Shown: positions 55,867-64,000 of the stretch, in pieces | How positions within the stretch are numbered: position 1 is the first letter of the stretch | How the letters are laid out: every line of letters begins with the position of its first letter | The notes under the pieces: generated by a model | What the model was told of the DNA's origin: nothing | The model's database searches: none | What the model saw: only the letters and a program-made list of their open reading frames with translations | Program-made: the position numbers and the translations under genes | Virus record (IMG/VR): IMGVR_UViG_2576861733_000002 | Location: 1 to 64,000 of that record | Origin: a virus | Taxonomy: Duplodnaviria > Caudoviricetes | Strand: one strand, 5' to 3' | Length of the DNA stretch: 64,000 nt

Positions 55867-58035
55867 CTATGCCATCAGGTATGATCCGTTTATCCTGACT
55901 GCCTGTGTTGATCCAAGCGACGCATAGCCAGTTATCTCAAGGTAACCTGTAGTTCGGACATAGGCCTCTACGGGAACCATGGTCGAACTTGCGTTAACCC
56001 CCCATGCAGAAATCGGAGTATCAACAGCCGGCCGAAGATTTGTAGCGATAAGCCAGGCATTTGCCGCCGTTCCTTTTGTAAGAGAACCGCTGATAAACAC
56101 GCGGTGACCATGCGGCGTTGCTTTAAAGTCTGTCTGTGTTGTCCATCCATTTAAAACTGAGCCACTCAGCACACTTGGCAGCGCACTGAAATTACCCAAC
56201 GAGTTACCGTAGCCAATAACATTTGACGGGTCAAAACCCATGCCTTGGGTATATTCAACGCCATATGTTCCGTTAGCGTTGGCAATCAGGCGTCCATGCG
56301 AGTTTGTATTCCCGCCAAATTTATAACCAGCAACAGAAGACCCAGTAACAGCGCCGTCGCCAATATTAACGTAAGCAGAGTTGTAGTGTACCTCGATACC
56401 GCCAGACACATTCTGGCACATGTGCTGGCCTATAGTAGCATTAACGACCAGAGCACTAAATATCAGCGAGTAGTAGTTACCGTAGGCATTAATGCAGATG
56501 TACTTGCCGATGTGGATGTTGGTTGTATGTCCAGTTCCGGTTGATGTTGGCACCAACCCCCACGTAGCATTCTGAACAGTCAGACTACCGATAATGAGTC
56601 GGTCGATACCCACGCTATCTGCTGCGTCATATAATCCACCACAGGAACTATAGCTATACTCGGACGCATTTATATGCCCGCAGACCAGAGAGTTAATGTG
56701 GATACCCGCGCACACGGAACCTGTTCCATCAGATTTGAAAATGTACCCATCACCGTACTGGCCATGCACTTTAATGCGGTCGGCCCACAGGTTCTGGCAT
56801 TTCATGGTGAAACCGTGGAAGCCGCCAATACATTCAATGAGGCCATTACACAATATGCCTTCACTCTGTTCCAGCAAAACAGCGTGTGTCGCCGGGTTTG
56901 AAGAAATACCGATAGAGTTAAGGGTAATAAGGTTAGATACTTCGCAACCGCATTTATCACCAGCACCGTAAATAACAACGCAATCCTCATACGTGGTTGT
57001 TGAATAAAGGTTCTGTGAAACATAATTCCCGCAGTCAACGCCGACATTTATTAACTTAAACCCTTTGGCCTGGTTCTTAACAGCCCCCTGAATTACTGAC
57101 CCACTCCCACTAACAAATCTCGATTTATCAGAGGAAACATAAGGCATCCCCACACCAATGATAGAAATATTGGTCTTGGTATTTCTGCCGGAAGAATAAT
57201 AACCAGTAATGTCGTAATCTCTTTTGCCAAGCAGTAGCGTAGCACCACTCGTAGCAGCATCCAGTGCAGCCTTCAAATCTCCGTTATACGGTGCGTTATC
57301 AACAACGATAACCGTCTTAGGCAGGCTGTAATGTTCAGCCAGGCCACCGATATATGTGAAACCTGTAGGTTTAGCCAGTTCAATCAGCACATCGGCCGCT
57401 GAGCCTGATTCAGGTAGGACCATCAGCGGATTACCTGCATCATCCATCGCAACTAATTTATTTTTGCGCATCTCCACATCGGGTAAGGATGTTATTACCT
57501 CTGGAGTACGAAGCGTGCGGCTAAAATTGTTACCCGAAAGAGTATCAACATAATTTTTAGTTACGGCGTCCTGGGTATTCACAGGATCTGCAAGGTTGGC
57601 AATGCGGTTACCTTCAGCATCGTAAAAGCTGGCAAACCGATTAGGCTTTTTAAGCGCGAGCGTGTCCCACCATAAAATATCCCGCTGAATCAGCATCGTC
57701 AGTTTATCAAGTGCCCGTTCGTGGCTGGCCGCCGGGAACTTTCCAGTATCCTGATAGCTGGTTAATTGAGTTGCATCTGGATCACGAAAAATAAAGAGTA
57801 TTTTTCCTGCATGAGCAGTTGCCAGCGTCAACTGACCACCGCTTTCATTTCCTGCACCGGAAAGGTAATAATCCTGATTCAACACCAGCGTTGTTGGATT
57901 ATAAGTATCATCAGAAGGGTCATAAATTTGGGCAGCAATATGATCATTCTCAATGAAATAAAACGGTATATCAAAGGGACCAGTACTTGTTGAAAGTTCA
58001 TATTCAACAGTAGAAATTTCATTCTCGACCATCAT
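55867..58035 (-). CDS. Tailspike/tail fiber (beta-helix)
   Basis: T7-fiber-like N-terminus (FDIPFYF, HERALDKLTML), DAVTKNYVD, beta-helix-like middle. Confidence 0.85.
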   Translation of the reverse strand: MMVENEISTVEYELSTSTGPFDIPFYFIENDHIAAQIYDPSDDTYNPTTLVLNQDYYLSGAGNESGGQLTLATAHAGKILFIFRDPDATQLTSYQDTGKFPAASHERALDKLTMLIQRDILWWDTLALKKPNRFASFYDAEGNRIANLADPVNTQDAVTKNYVDTLSGNNFSRTLRTPEVITSLPDVEMRKNKLVAMDDAGNPLMVLPESGSAADVLIELAKPTGFTYIGGLAEHYSLPKTVIVVDNAPYNGDLKAALDAATSGATLLLGKRDYDITGYYSSGRNTKTNISIIGVGMPYVSSDKSRFVSGSGSVIQGAVKNQAKGFKLINVGVDCGNYVSQNLYSTTTYEDCVVIYGAGDKCGCEVSNLITLNSIGISSNPATHAVLLEQSEGILCNGLIECIGGFHGFTMKCQNLWADRIKVHGQYGDGYIFKSDGTGSVCAGIHINSLVCGHINASEYSYSSCGGLYDAADSVGIDRLIIGSLTVQNATWGLVPTSTGTGHTTNIHIGKYICINAYGNYYSLIFSALVVNATIGQHMCQNVSGGIEVHYNSAYVNIGDGAVTGSSVAGYKFGGNTNSHGRLIANANGTYGVEYTQGMGFDPSNVIGYGNSLGNFSALPSVLSGSVLNGWTTQTDFKATPHGHRVFISGSLTKGTAANAWLIATNLRPAVDTPISAWGVNASSTMVPVEAYVRTTGYLEITGYASLGSTQAVRINGSYLMA

Positions 58036-58127
58036 TAAGCCCCAAAACAATTCGACATGTCTGGCATTGTCAGAATCGCCCTGGCGCTGGGCAAAAATAA
58101 GGCCGCTATTTGCGGCCCTTTGAAGGT

Positions 58128-58367
58128 TTACATCACGACTGTTCCGCTTACGCTGGTCGCTGTGGCATCTGGCGCAGCTGCATTTTCTTCCTGTAGTTGC
58201 TTCAGCCGCGCCTGCACAGCGGCTTCAAATTCTGCCTGAGCAGCATCAGCCTTTACCTGCGCTTTGGCTTTGAAGTAATCGCGGATTTTTACCCAGCCAC
58301 CAGCTATTAAAAACAACGCGCTTGCGGCGGTGGAAAAATACAGCATTACACTTTCGATAAATGTCAT
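58128..58367 (-). CDS. Small membrane-anchored hypothetical protein
   Basis: N-terminal TM; coupled to the Rz-like gene. Confidence 0.65.
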   Translation of the reverse strand: MTFIESVMLYFSTAASALFLIAGGWVKIRDYFKAKAQVKADAAQAEFEAAVQARLKQLQEENAAAPDATATSVSGTVVM

Positions 58368-58894
58368 TTTGTTTTTCCTTGTCTGAGTTGTTCAGCCTGT
58401 TGAATGGCTGAAAGTTGGTTGTTGGCTTTTTCGATTGCTGCCAGTAGCGGCTGAATCCAAAGAACGGCCTGACAATAAGTCAGTTGGCCGGTGGCAATGG
58501 CGCCAGCACCTGCTGTGTCAGTCCCGCCGATAGTGGTGTGCATTGCGCTGGCACGTAGACGGTACGTGTAGTCGAGCAACCCGTTAGCAATGTCAGCAGG
58601 AACAGGCAGGTCACACGTTTTTTCACGCTTGAGAATCGTTCTGTATTCAATGACTGTTTCCTCTGATTTGGCGTCAACTGTGGTATTGGCGGTCACTGTA
58701 GTACCGGCAATACCGTTAAAGGCTTGCTGCTGATCAGCCTGCATCTGAATGACTTTGGCCTGAACGAGAACGTTAGCCTCCGCTGTATCGGCCCGGTTGC
58801 TGTTGCTCTCGTAACGAATACCGAAGAACAGGCTCAGCCCGGCCACCAGCAGGATCACTAACAAAAAGATGCTCGCTTTGATTTCTGCGCTCAC
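58364..58894 (-). CDS. Rz-like i-spanin
   Basis: N-terminal TM, coiled coil, follows the endolysin. Confidence 0.78.
   Translation of the reverse strand: MSAEIKASIFLLVILLVAGLSLFFGIRYESNSNRADTAEANVLVQAKVIQMQADQQQAFNGIAGTTVTANTTVDAKSEETVIEYRTILKREKTCDLPVPADIANGLLDYTYRLRASAMHTTIGGTDTAGAGAIATGQLTYCQAVLWIQPLLAAIEKANNQLSAIQQAEQLRQGKTK
58480..58614 (-). CDS. Embedded Rz1-like lipoprotein (short frame)
   Basis: LLTGC lipobox then TRTVYVP, Pro-rich; start uncertain. Confidence 0.6.
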   Translation of the reverse strand: MTCLFLLTLLTGCSTTRTVYVPAQCTPLSAGLTQQVLAPLPPAN

Positions 58895-59421
58895 TGGTCT
58901 ATCCCCCAGCACGCCAACGCGCTTTCCTGATCCCGGCGAGCCACCTGCCCGTAACAGTTATTCGAACGAATGCGGCAGTCGCGCCCACCGTCTTTAATCC
59001 ACCAGCGGATCGCTTCGCAAGCGCCTTTACGGTCACCAGCATTGATGCGCTGATAGAACGTTGAGGGGAAGCATTTCCCAGGGCCTATGTTGTACGGGCA
59101 GAATGAAGCAATACCGGCTTTCTGCGGTTCGGTAAGCGTCACTTTGATATTCCGGTCCACCCACGCCAGCGCCTTATTGCGCTCGATGGCGTTCACCTGA
59201 TCACATTTCGCCTGTGATAGCTTCATACCCTGAATTACTGGTTTCCCATCTACCAGCGTGACGCCGCGGCAAATTGTCCAGATGCCGGAACTATCGAGGT
59301 ACGCCGTCAGGCTGCTGCCCTCTTTCTCATTCAGAAACTGATCGAGAAGAACCGGAGCCGAAGCCCCGGCGGCAATCAACCCGAGCATGGCCGCACTAAG
59401 CTTCGCTCTCGTCGATGCCAT
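58891..59421 (-). CDS. SAR endolysin (GH24)
   Basis: KLSAAMLGLIAAGASA SAR helix; EKEG..L.AYLD..GIWTICRG. Confidence 0.92.
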   Translation of the reverse strand: MASTRAKLSAAMLGLIAAGASAPVLLDQFLNEKEGSSLTAYLDSSGIWTICRGVTLVDGKPVIQGMKLSQAKCDQVNAIERNKALAWVDRNIKVTLTEPQKAGIASFCPYNIGPGKCFPSTFYQRINAGDRKGACEAIRWWIKDGGRDCRIRSNNCYGQVARRDQESALACWGIDQ

Positions 59422-59761
59422 GAGATAGCCCCTGTGTATGAATTTCAGTTTCATCCATCACGCGCTGAACTTTAGCCACAACCTCATCGGCCTGGCTCAG
59501 ATCGTGTTTGTCGGATTTGCTCAGGAAATCAACGATAGCTCTGGTGCGCTGGCGATCTAAATTCAGACGTTCAGCGTTTGACAGGCGCTCAGTTCGGATT
59601 GAGCGCCGTTTATCGAGCCAGCTCAGAAAGGTTAAAAGAAAGCCAAGTACAGCAATAATCAGGTAGGCCAATTCCAGTGTTGTGATGCCAAGAACGGCCG
59701 CCGCTGTCGTTATCGAATTACCTACCCACGATAACCAGTTTGTTTGTTGGTTCATCCTCAT
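59396..59761 (-). CDS. Holin (M-R-M dual start candidate)
   Basis: Two TM segments, directly upstream of the endolysin. Confidence 0.7.
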   Translation of the reverse strand: MRMNQQTNWLSWVGNSITTAAAVLGITTLELAYLIIAVLGFLLTFLSWLDKRRSIRTERLSNAERLNLDRQRTRAIVDFLSKSDKHDLSQADEVVAKVQRVMDETEIHTQGLSHGIDESEA

Positions 59762-59895
59762 CGCCTCACCTCCCAGCCGGGATGGAGTAAGTGAAATATC
59801 AGGCAGGTCTGATTGTGATGAGGGGAAAGGTGCTGGGCAAAAATAAGGCCGCGGATGGCGGCCTTATGCCAGAAAATTTTGTGTTTTGATATATG

Positions 59896-60228
59896 TCAAA
59901 TCCAAGAAGATGGCGATCCGGTTTTGTCCCGGAAAAAGTCACTAAATTCAATTATTGCAGCTTTATAGGGCTTACTGAAATGGTTCAGGCAAATATTATC
60001 AAGGAGTTTCTGGTACTTCACTCTTTTATCTAGCGCAACCAAATAGCCGCATAGAACCCCACCAAATATTACGCTCAAAACGATATTATCATTGGGGTAA
60101 AAAATAAAATTGAAGATTACACCAATGAATAAAATAATCGAAAAAATACCTAAATTCTTTTCTATTCCTCGTGAACGATAATACTCATGCTCTGTATTCA
60201 AAGCCTGCTCTTGCTCTGTTAATGGCAT
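59896..60228 (-). CDS. Two-TM hypothetical protein (moron)
   Basis: Low GC, two hydrophobic helices. Confidence 0.6.
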   Translation of the reverse strand: MPLTEQEQALNTEHEYYRSRGIEKNLGIFSIILFIGVIFNFIFYPNDNIVLSVIFGGVLCGYLVALDKRVKYQKLLDNICLNHFSKPYKAAIIEFSDFFRDKTGSPSSWI

Positions 60229-60249
60229 AAATCCCCCGATGAGTGAAGG

Positions 60250-63177
60250 TTATCGCCCAAGCATAAACTGCGACGGCGGGATTATAAAGTCATTCCCCTG
60301 CTCTTCCTTCACGCGTTGCTGATAGCGTTGCAGCGAGCCGGGTGACATCCATTCCCGCATCTGGTTCAGGATCAGAAAATCCATCACCGGGCGCACCACA
60401 TGAAGATTCATGTATGGCGTGTGGTTGATAGCAAAATTGAAGTAATCAGCAGCACGCGCATCGCCCTGCTTTGTCAGCCCAAACAAATTCACTGCCTGGG
60501 CCAGGTCAGAAGCAAATGGCCCGGCCAGTGATGTCGCCGGGGTATTCCCGAACCGGTTATATTCACCAAAAAGAAAATCGCCAAGAATACCCAGCCCGCC
60601 GCCCTGCGCCATTGCCGCCGTCCATGTACTGACATTATCAGCCGGGCGTGGCGTCTGCCCGCGCAACATCAGTTTTGTCTGCATGGACAAATAGCCGAAT
60701 GCCGTCGCCCAGAGGAACATCTGAGCAATCCCCATTATCTCACCGTTGCCGTTCCTGAATGCACGCGTCAGCGCATTATCGCGGAAAGTATTGTTCTGGC
60801 TGAGGGAACCGAAATCATAACCACGGCCGAACAACTCACGCCCGATCGCATTCTGCATAAAACTGGCGGTGAAGGATTTGAACTGCCAGGCAAATCGCAG
60901 CATCTCCCCGTAAGCGGTACCGCGTTGCATGCCCTGTTTCATGATGGACATTGTGCGTGCGTCAGGTTCGTTCAGCGCCACACCAACACGATCGAGAATA
61001 TAGCCACGCACTTTGTCTGAAAGCATATCGCGGGCATATTCGATCGAGCGATCGTTAATTTTTATTCCCCGGTTGGTAAGGTAATTTTCGATATCCGCGC
61101 GCGGTATATCCGCTACACCGTCCGGCGTCATATAGGCGTTACCATCGGCAGCATGCAGTTTCATTTTGCTGAGCGCCGCCCACTCGTTTTCCTCGATGCC
61201 GTGCATCGTCAGCACGCGCCGTAACTCTTCCGGCACATCGCGAAATGATTTCCCGGCATGCGCACCCAGCCACTCGGAAACCATCATTCCGGTACTGTAA
61301 CGGCTGCTGTTTGTCCACCAGCTTTGCAGATTCAGCCGGAAGTAATGCCGCATTGCCCTGTTCACCCGGCCCGGCATCGAATTGTCAGCACTGAAGCGGT
61401 ACATCAGTTCGTCTTTCATGGCATCCGCATGCAGCCCGAGCGATTTAAGAACCTGTTGCCGTTCGGCCCCCTTCCAGCGCGTCAGCTGCACTTTGTTGCT
61501 GGTCGCCTCCCACACGGCGGCAAGCATGTCACGTCCCTGATAGCGCATCTCCATTGCCTGGGTGGCGATATCGTTGAAGGAAGAAATCATTGAGCCACCC
61601 AGCTTCATCATTGTCTCAACAGCGCGAGCGGTCGCGGCCACGCGCGCCAGCCCGGCATTACCGGGAATGTTGGTCTGGCCGGTGATTTCCTTTAGCTGGT
61701 TGGTCAAAGAAGTATTCCGCTTTTGCCGGAATTTATTCAGCGCATTGTCATCTTTCGCGGCCTTATAGCGCTGCTCGATCCGGTCAGCCAGTTCATTGAA
61801 CATGTTTTCCGGATTAGTACCCATACGCCGCATCAGTCCGGTGGTTTCAGCCGAATGGATCAGGCCGCTCCCCACGGCTTCGCGCAGATTTCCCACGCCA
61901 AATTTATCGTTGTAGCGGTACCACGACAGCCCGTCTTTGAAATGCAATACGCGTTCCTGGCTCGCCCGGCGCGCAACGTTGGTGCTGCCACCTTTAAAGC
62001 CCGTCATCCAGTCCGGGCGATCGGTACGCAAATGGACGCCGGAAGACAGCCCCACATACACGTTATGCAGAAAATCGTCGATGGCCGCCTGTGATGGCGA
62101 CAGGCCGCCCGGCGCTGCCGGATCAAAACGCGGAGTCCGCCCGGCGACGCTCACCCACTCGCCGCCGTCATTACGGAAGCCAACGATATCACCGAGATCG
62201 ATATCCTGCCCGTTAGCCAGCAAATCCCCGTTGCGGAAATTCGCCCGCACTACCTGCCCATTACCGCGCATGAGATCGACATTTTCACTCACAACGCCCT
62301 TGATATAAAAACGCCCATCAGAGCGCTGCGCCAGCGCGCCCACGTTTTCAGGTTTCAGCGGCTTAGCCGGGCGAGCACGCCCATAAATCTGGTCTTCTGT
62401 CATCGCTGCCGCTTTTCGTACGGTCACGCCGTTCTGCCCGTTTATGTCCAGTCCTTCGAATGTCCGCTGATCCAGTTCCGGAAGAATGGCATCACGCCAG
62501 GCCTCAAAGCCTGCTGTGCGAATTTTATGGATATCGTGAGACTGGCGGGCTATATAACCGGGCAGTTTGCCAATTGATGCGCCAGCGCGGTTTGCATCGA
62601 TGCGCGCTTTTTCCTGCCACTTCTCAAGTACGCGGGCAATTTTGATAGCGTCTTCCGGGATATGCCCCACATCGAGGTTGTTGCCCAGCCGCCACATAGC
62701 ATCAGCAATGTTCTGATCCAGTGATCCATTAGCAAAAACAGGCAAAACGCCCTGGGCTTCAAGGTCATTGGCGAGACCGGAAATGTAGTGATCGCGCAGT
62801 TGGCGCATGTTATTAAACGCGCTGTCGCGGGAACCGGCCACAGCCTCATTACGCCCGACCATAATAGCGGACAGGGCGAGATCTGGACGCCCTCCAAAGG
62901 CGTCAATACGCTGAAGATTTTCATGCATCAGGCGCAAATTGATAACCCGGTTTCGCGCTTCGATGTGCTTTGCCAGCGCATCATCGCGCGCCACTTCATC
63001 AGCAGCACGGAGAGCGGCTTCCTCCAGCGACAGCCCCTGATTTTCTGCCCGTATACGTGTGACTGTGGATTCCATCTTGGTGACGAGATCCTGCATTTCA
63101 TCCTCGCCAAGCTGGCGACCGGCCGCCGTGTTTACTGCCTGCTCGCAGGCTGTCAGAAATTCACCCTGTGCCATCAA
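60250..63177 (-). CDS. Putative internal virion/DNA ejection protein
   Basis: 975 aa helical; QFKSF and GGGLGILGDFLF motifs as in BPP-1/epsilon15-like podoviruses. Confidence 0.65.
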   Translation of the reverse strand: MMAQGEFLTACEQAVNTAAGRQLGEDEMQDLVTKMESTVTRIRAENQGLSLEEAALRAADEVARDDALAKHIEARNRVINLRLMHENLQRIDAFGGRPDLALSAIMVGRNEAVAGSRDSAFNNMRQLRDHYISGLANDLEAQGVLPVFANGSLDQNIADAMWRLGNNLDVGHIPEDAIKIARVLEKWQEKARIDANRAGASIGKLPGYIARQSHDIHKIRTAGFEAWRDAILPELDQRTFEGLDINGQNGVTVRKAAAMTEDQIYGRARPAKPLKPENVGALAQRSDGRFYIKGVVSENVDLMRGNGQVVRANFRNGDLLANGQDIDLGDIVGFRNDGGEWVSVAGRTPRFDPAAPGGLSPSQAAIDDFLHNVYVGLSSGVHLRTDRPDWMTGFKGGSTNVARRASQERVLHFKDGLSWYRYNDKFGVGNLREAVGSGLIHSAETTGLMRRMGTNPENMFNELADRIEQRYKAAKDDNALNKFRQKRNTSLTNQLKEITGQTNIPGNAGLARVAATARAVETMMKLGGSMISSFNDIATQAMEMRYQGRDMLAAVWEATSNKVQLTRWKGAERQQVLKSLGLHADAMKDELMYRFSADNSMPGRVNRAMRHYFRLNLQSWWTNSSRYSTGMMVSEWLGAHAGKSFRDVPEELRRVLTMHGIEENEWAALSKMKLHAADGNAYMTPDGVADIPRADIENYLTNRGIKINDRSIEYARDMLSDKVRGYILDRVGVALNEPDARTMSIMKQGMQRGTAYGEMLRFAWQFKSFTASFMQNAIGRELFGRGYDFGSLSQNNTFRDNALTRAFRNGNGEIMGIAQMFLWATAFGYLSMQTKLMLRGQTPRPADNVSTWTAAMAQGGGLGILGDFLFGEYNRFGNTPATSLAGPFASDLAQAVNLFGLTKQGDARAADYFNFAINHTPYMNLHVVRPVMDFLILNQMREWMSPGSLQRYQQRVKEEQGNDFIIPPSQFMLGR

Positions 63178-64000
63178 ATGGCTCTCCTCAACATACAGGC
63201 AGCAAATGCGCGTGCCGCCTGAGCAAAACTCATATCCCCGGCCCCGGCCTGAATCTCGGCAAGGTGGGCGTTAATTTCCGCCTGGTTTTCAGCGCCTGCA
63301 AAATGCGCCTGCGCCAGATCCATTTCTGACGCGAGGTCATCCTGCGCGGCGCGCAGCTCGTCATCACCGCGTTGCTGAATTGTCCGGTCGGCGTCGATGC
63401 TGGCAGACCGCGCCTGCTCATCAGCGCGCACTCTGTTCTCTGCCTGAGTCTTAAGCCTGTTCAGCGCGGCGCTACGTTCCGCTGGATCGGCAAGACGGAA
63501 AAAATCTTCTACATCGGGATTGTAACCGTCTGCCGCCTGGCGAATCGCAGACCTCAGTGCGTTCTGACGAACAAAAATATTCGCATCACCGAAACGCTCA
63601 GCAGCAGTTCTTACACCGCCAGCCAGCGGAGAAACCTGCAACCCCTGTTTAATCTGCCCGGCTCTGGCTTCAATCAGGCTGGCCAGATCATCCGGAATTT
63701 CCCCGCGTTCAAGCTGACGTAATTTACCGCGCGAGATTTCCGCGTCACGGTTGGCAGAAATTTCTTCGCGTAGTCGTGCGGTAGATTCCTCCGTCTGCTG
63801 GCGAATTTGCTCAATATCTTTTCGCGCGCGGGCTTCCGCCTGTTTACGGCTCATGCGCTGGCCCTGATACTGTTTTGCCAGGTCTCTGAACTGCTGGTCA
63901 GCCTGCTGCAATGAGGCTTCATTTTCGGCAATCTGCCGGTTAAGGTCGGCCACGCGGGGGGATTGGCCGTCAAGCTGACCAGTGAGTGAGTCACGGTAGG
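63174..64000 (-). CDS. Putative internal virion protein, C-terminal part (5' end outside window)
   Basis: Coiled-coil Ala/Gln/Arg-rich ORF coupled to the 975-aa gene; appears open to the window edge. Confidence 0.6.
   Translation of the reverse strand, partial: YRDSLTGQLDGQSPRVADLNRQIAENEASLQQADQQFRDLAKQYQGQRMSRKQAEARARKDIEQIRQQTEESTARLREEISANRDAEISRGKLRQLERGEIPDDLASLIEARAGQIKQGLQVSPLAGGVRTAAERFGDANIFVRQNALRSAIRQAADGYNPDVEDFFRLADPAERSAALNRLKTQAENRVRADEQARSASIDADRTIQQRGDDELRAAQDDLASEMDLAQAHFAGAENQAEINAHLAEIQAGAGDMSFAQAARAFAACMLRRAI

Larger units (their letters stand above)
51800..64000. mobile_element. Prophage 2 (podovirus-like, serotype-converting; continues beyond window)
   Basis: Second lysis cassette, tailspike, gtrABC and large internal virion proteins starting at the serT fragment. 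Confidence 0.85.

Noticed and set aside
55867-58035. Diversity-generating retroelement or invertible tail-fiber cassette
   Set aside because: No reverse transcriptase, template/variable repeat pair or invertase is visible in the window.

Overview
This window is enterobacterial DNA made up entirely of three mobile elements. (1) A lambda/Gifsy-like cos-site siphoviral prophage runs from 1 to about 51.8 kb. Its tail, head, lysis, Q, replication and cro genes lie on the minus strand; its repressor, early-left genes, xis and int lie on the plus strand. It carries cor, several morons and a HicA-HicB-SecB-like three-gene operon. (2) A 10.7-kb PICI-like satellite sits inside that prophage's ClpP-protease/major-capsid fusion gene, bounded by the 12-bp direct repeat ATGGATCATCAT (16524-16535 and 27273-27284). 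The satellite encodes int, AlpA, an Icd-like protein and a P4-type helicase with TGTTCACC iterons. It also has its own protease-capsid gene, its own cos site, a truncated TerS/Rpp-like protein, and cargo genes for a legumain/caspase-like protease and a HEPN-like protein. (3) Beyond a 3' fragment of tRNA-Ser(TGA) (51800-51859) is one end of a second, podovirus-like prophage with a humD-like gene, gtrABC, a tailspike, a lysis cassette and internal virion proteins. The most striking unexplained signals are the helper-embedded satellite, two promoter/terminator-bounded structured RNAs with constant ends and variable middles (34.6 and 36.5 kb), the caspase-like cassette and the HicAB-chaperone triad. 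All product calls come from motif and family recognition by eye; no searches were run.
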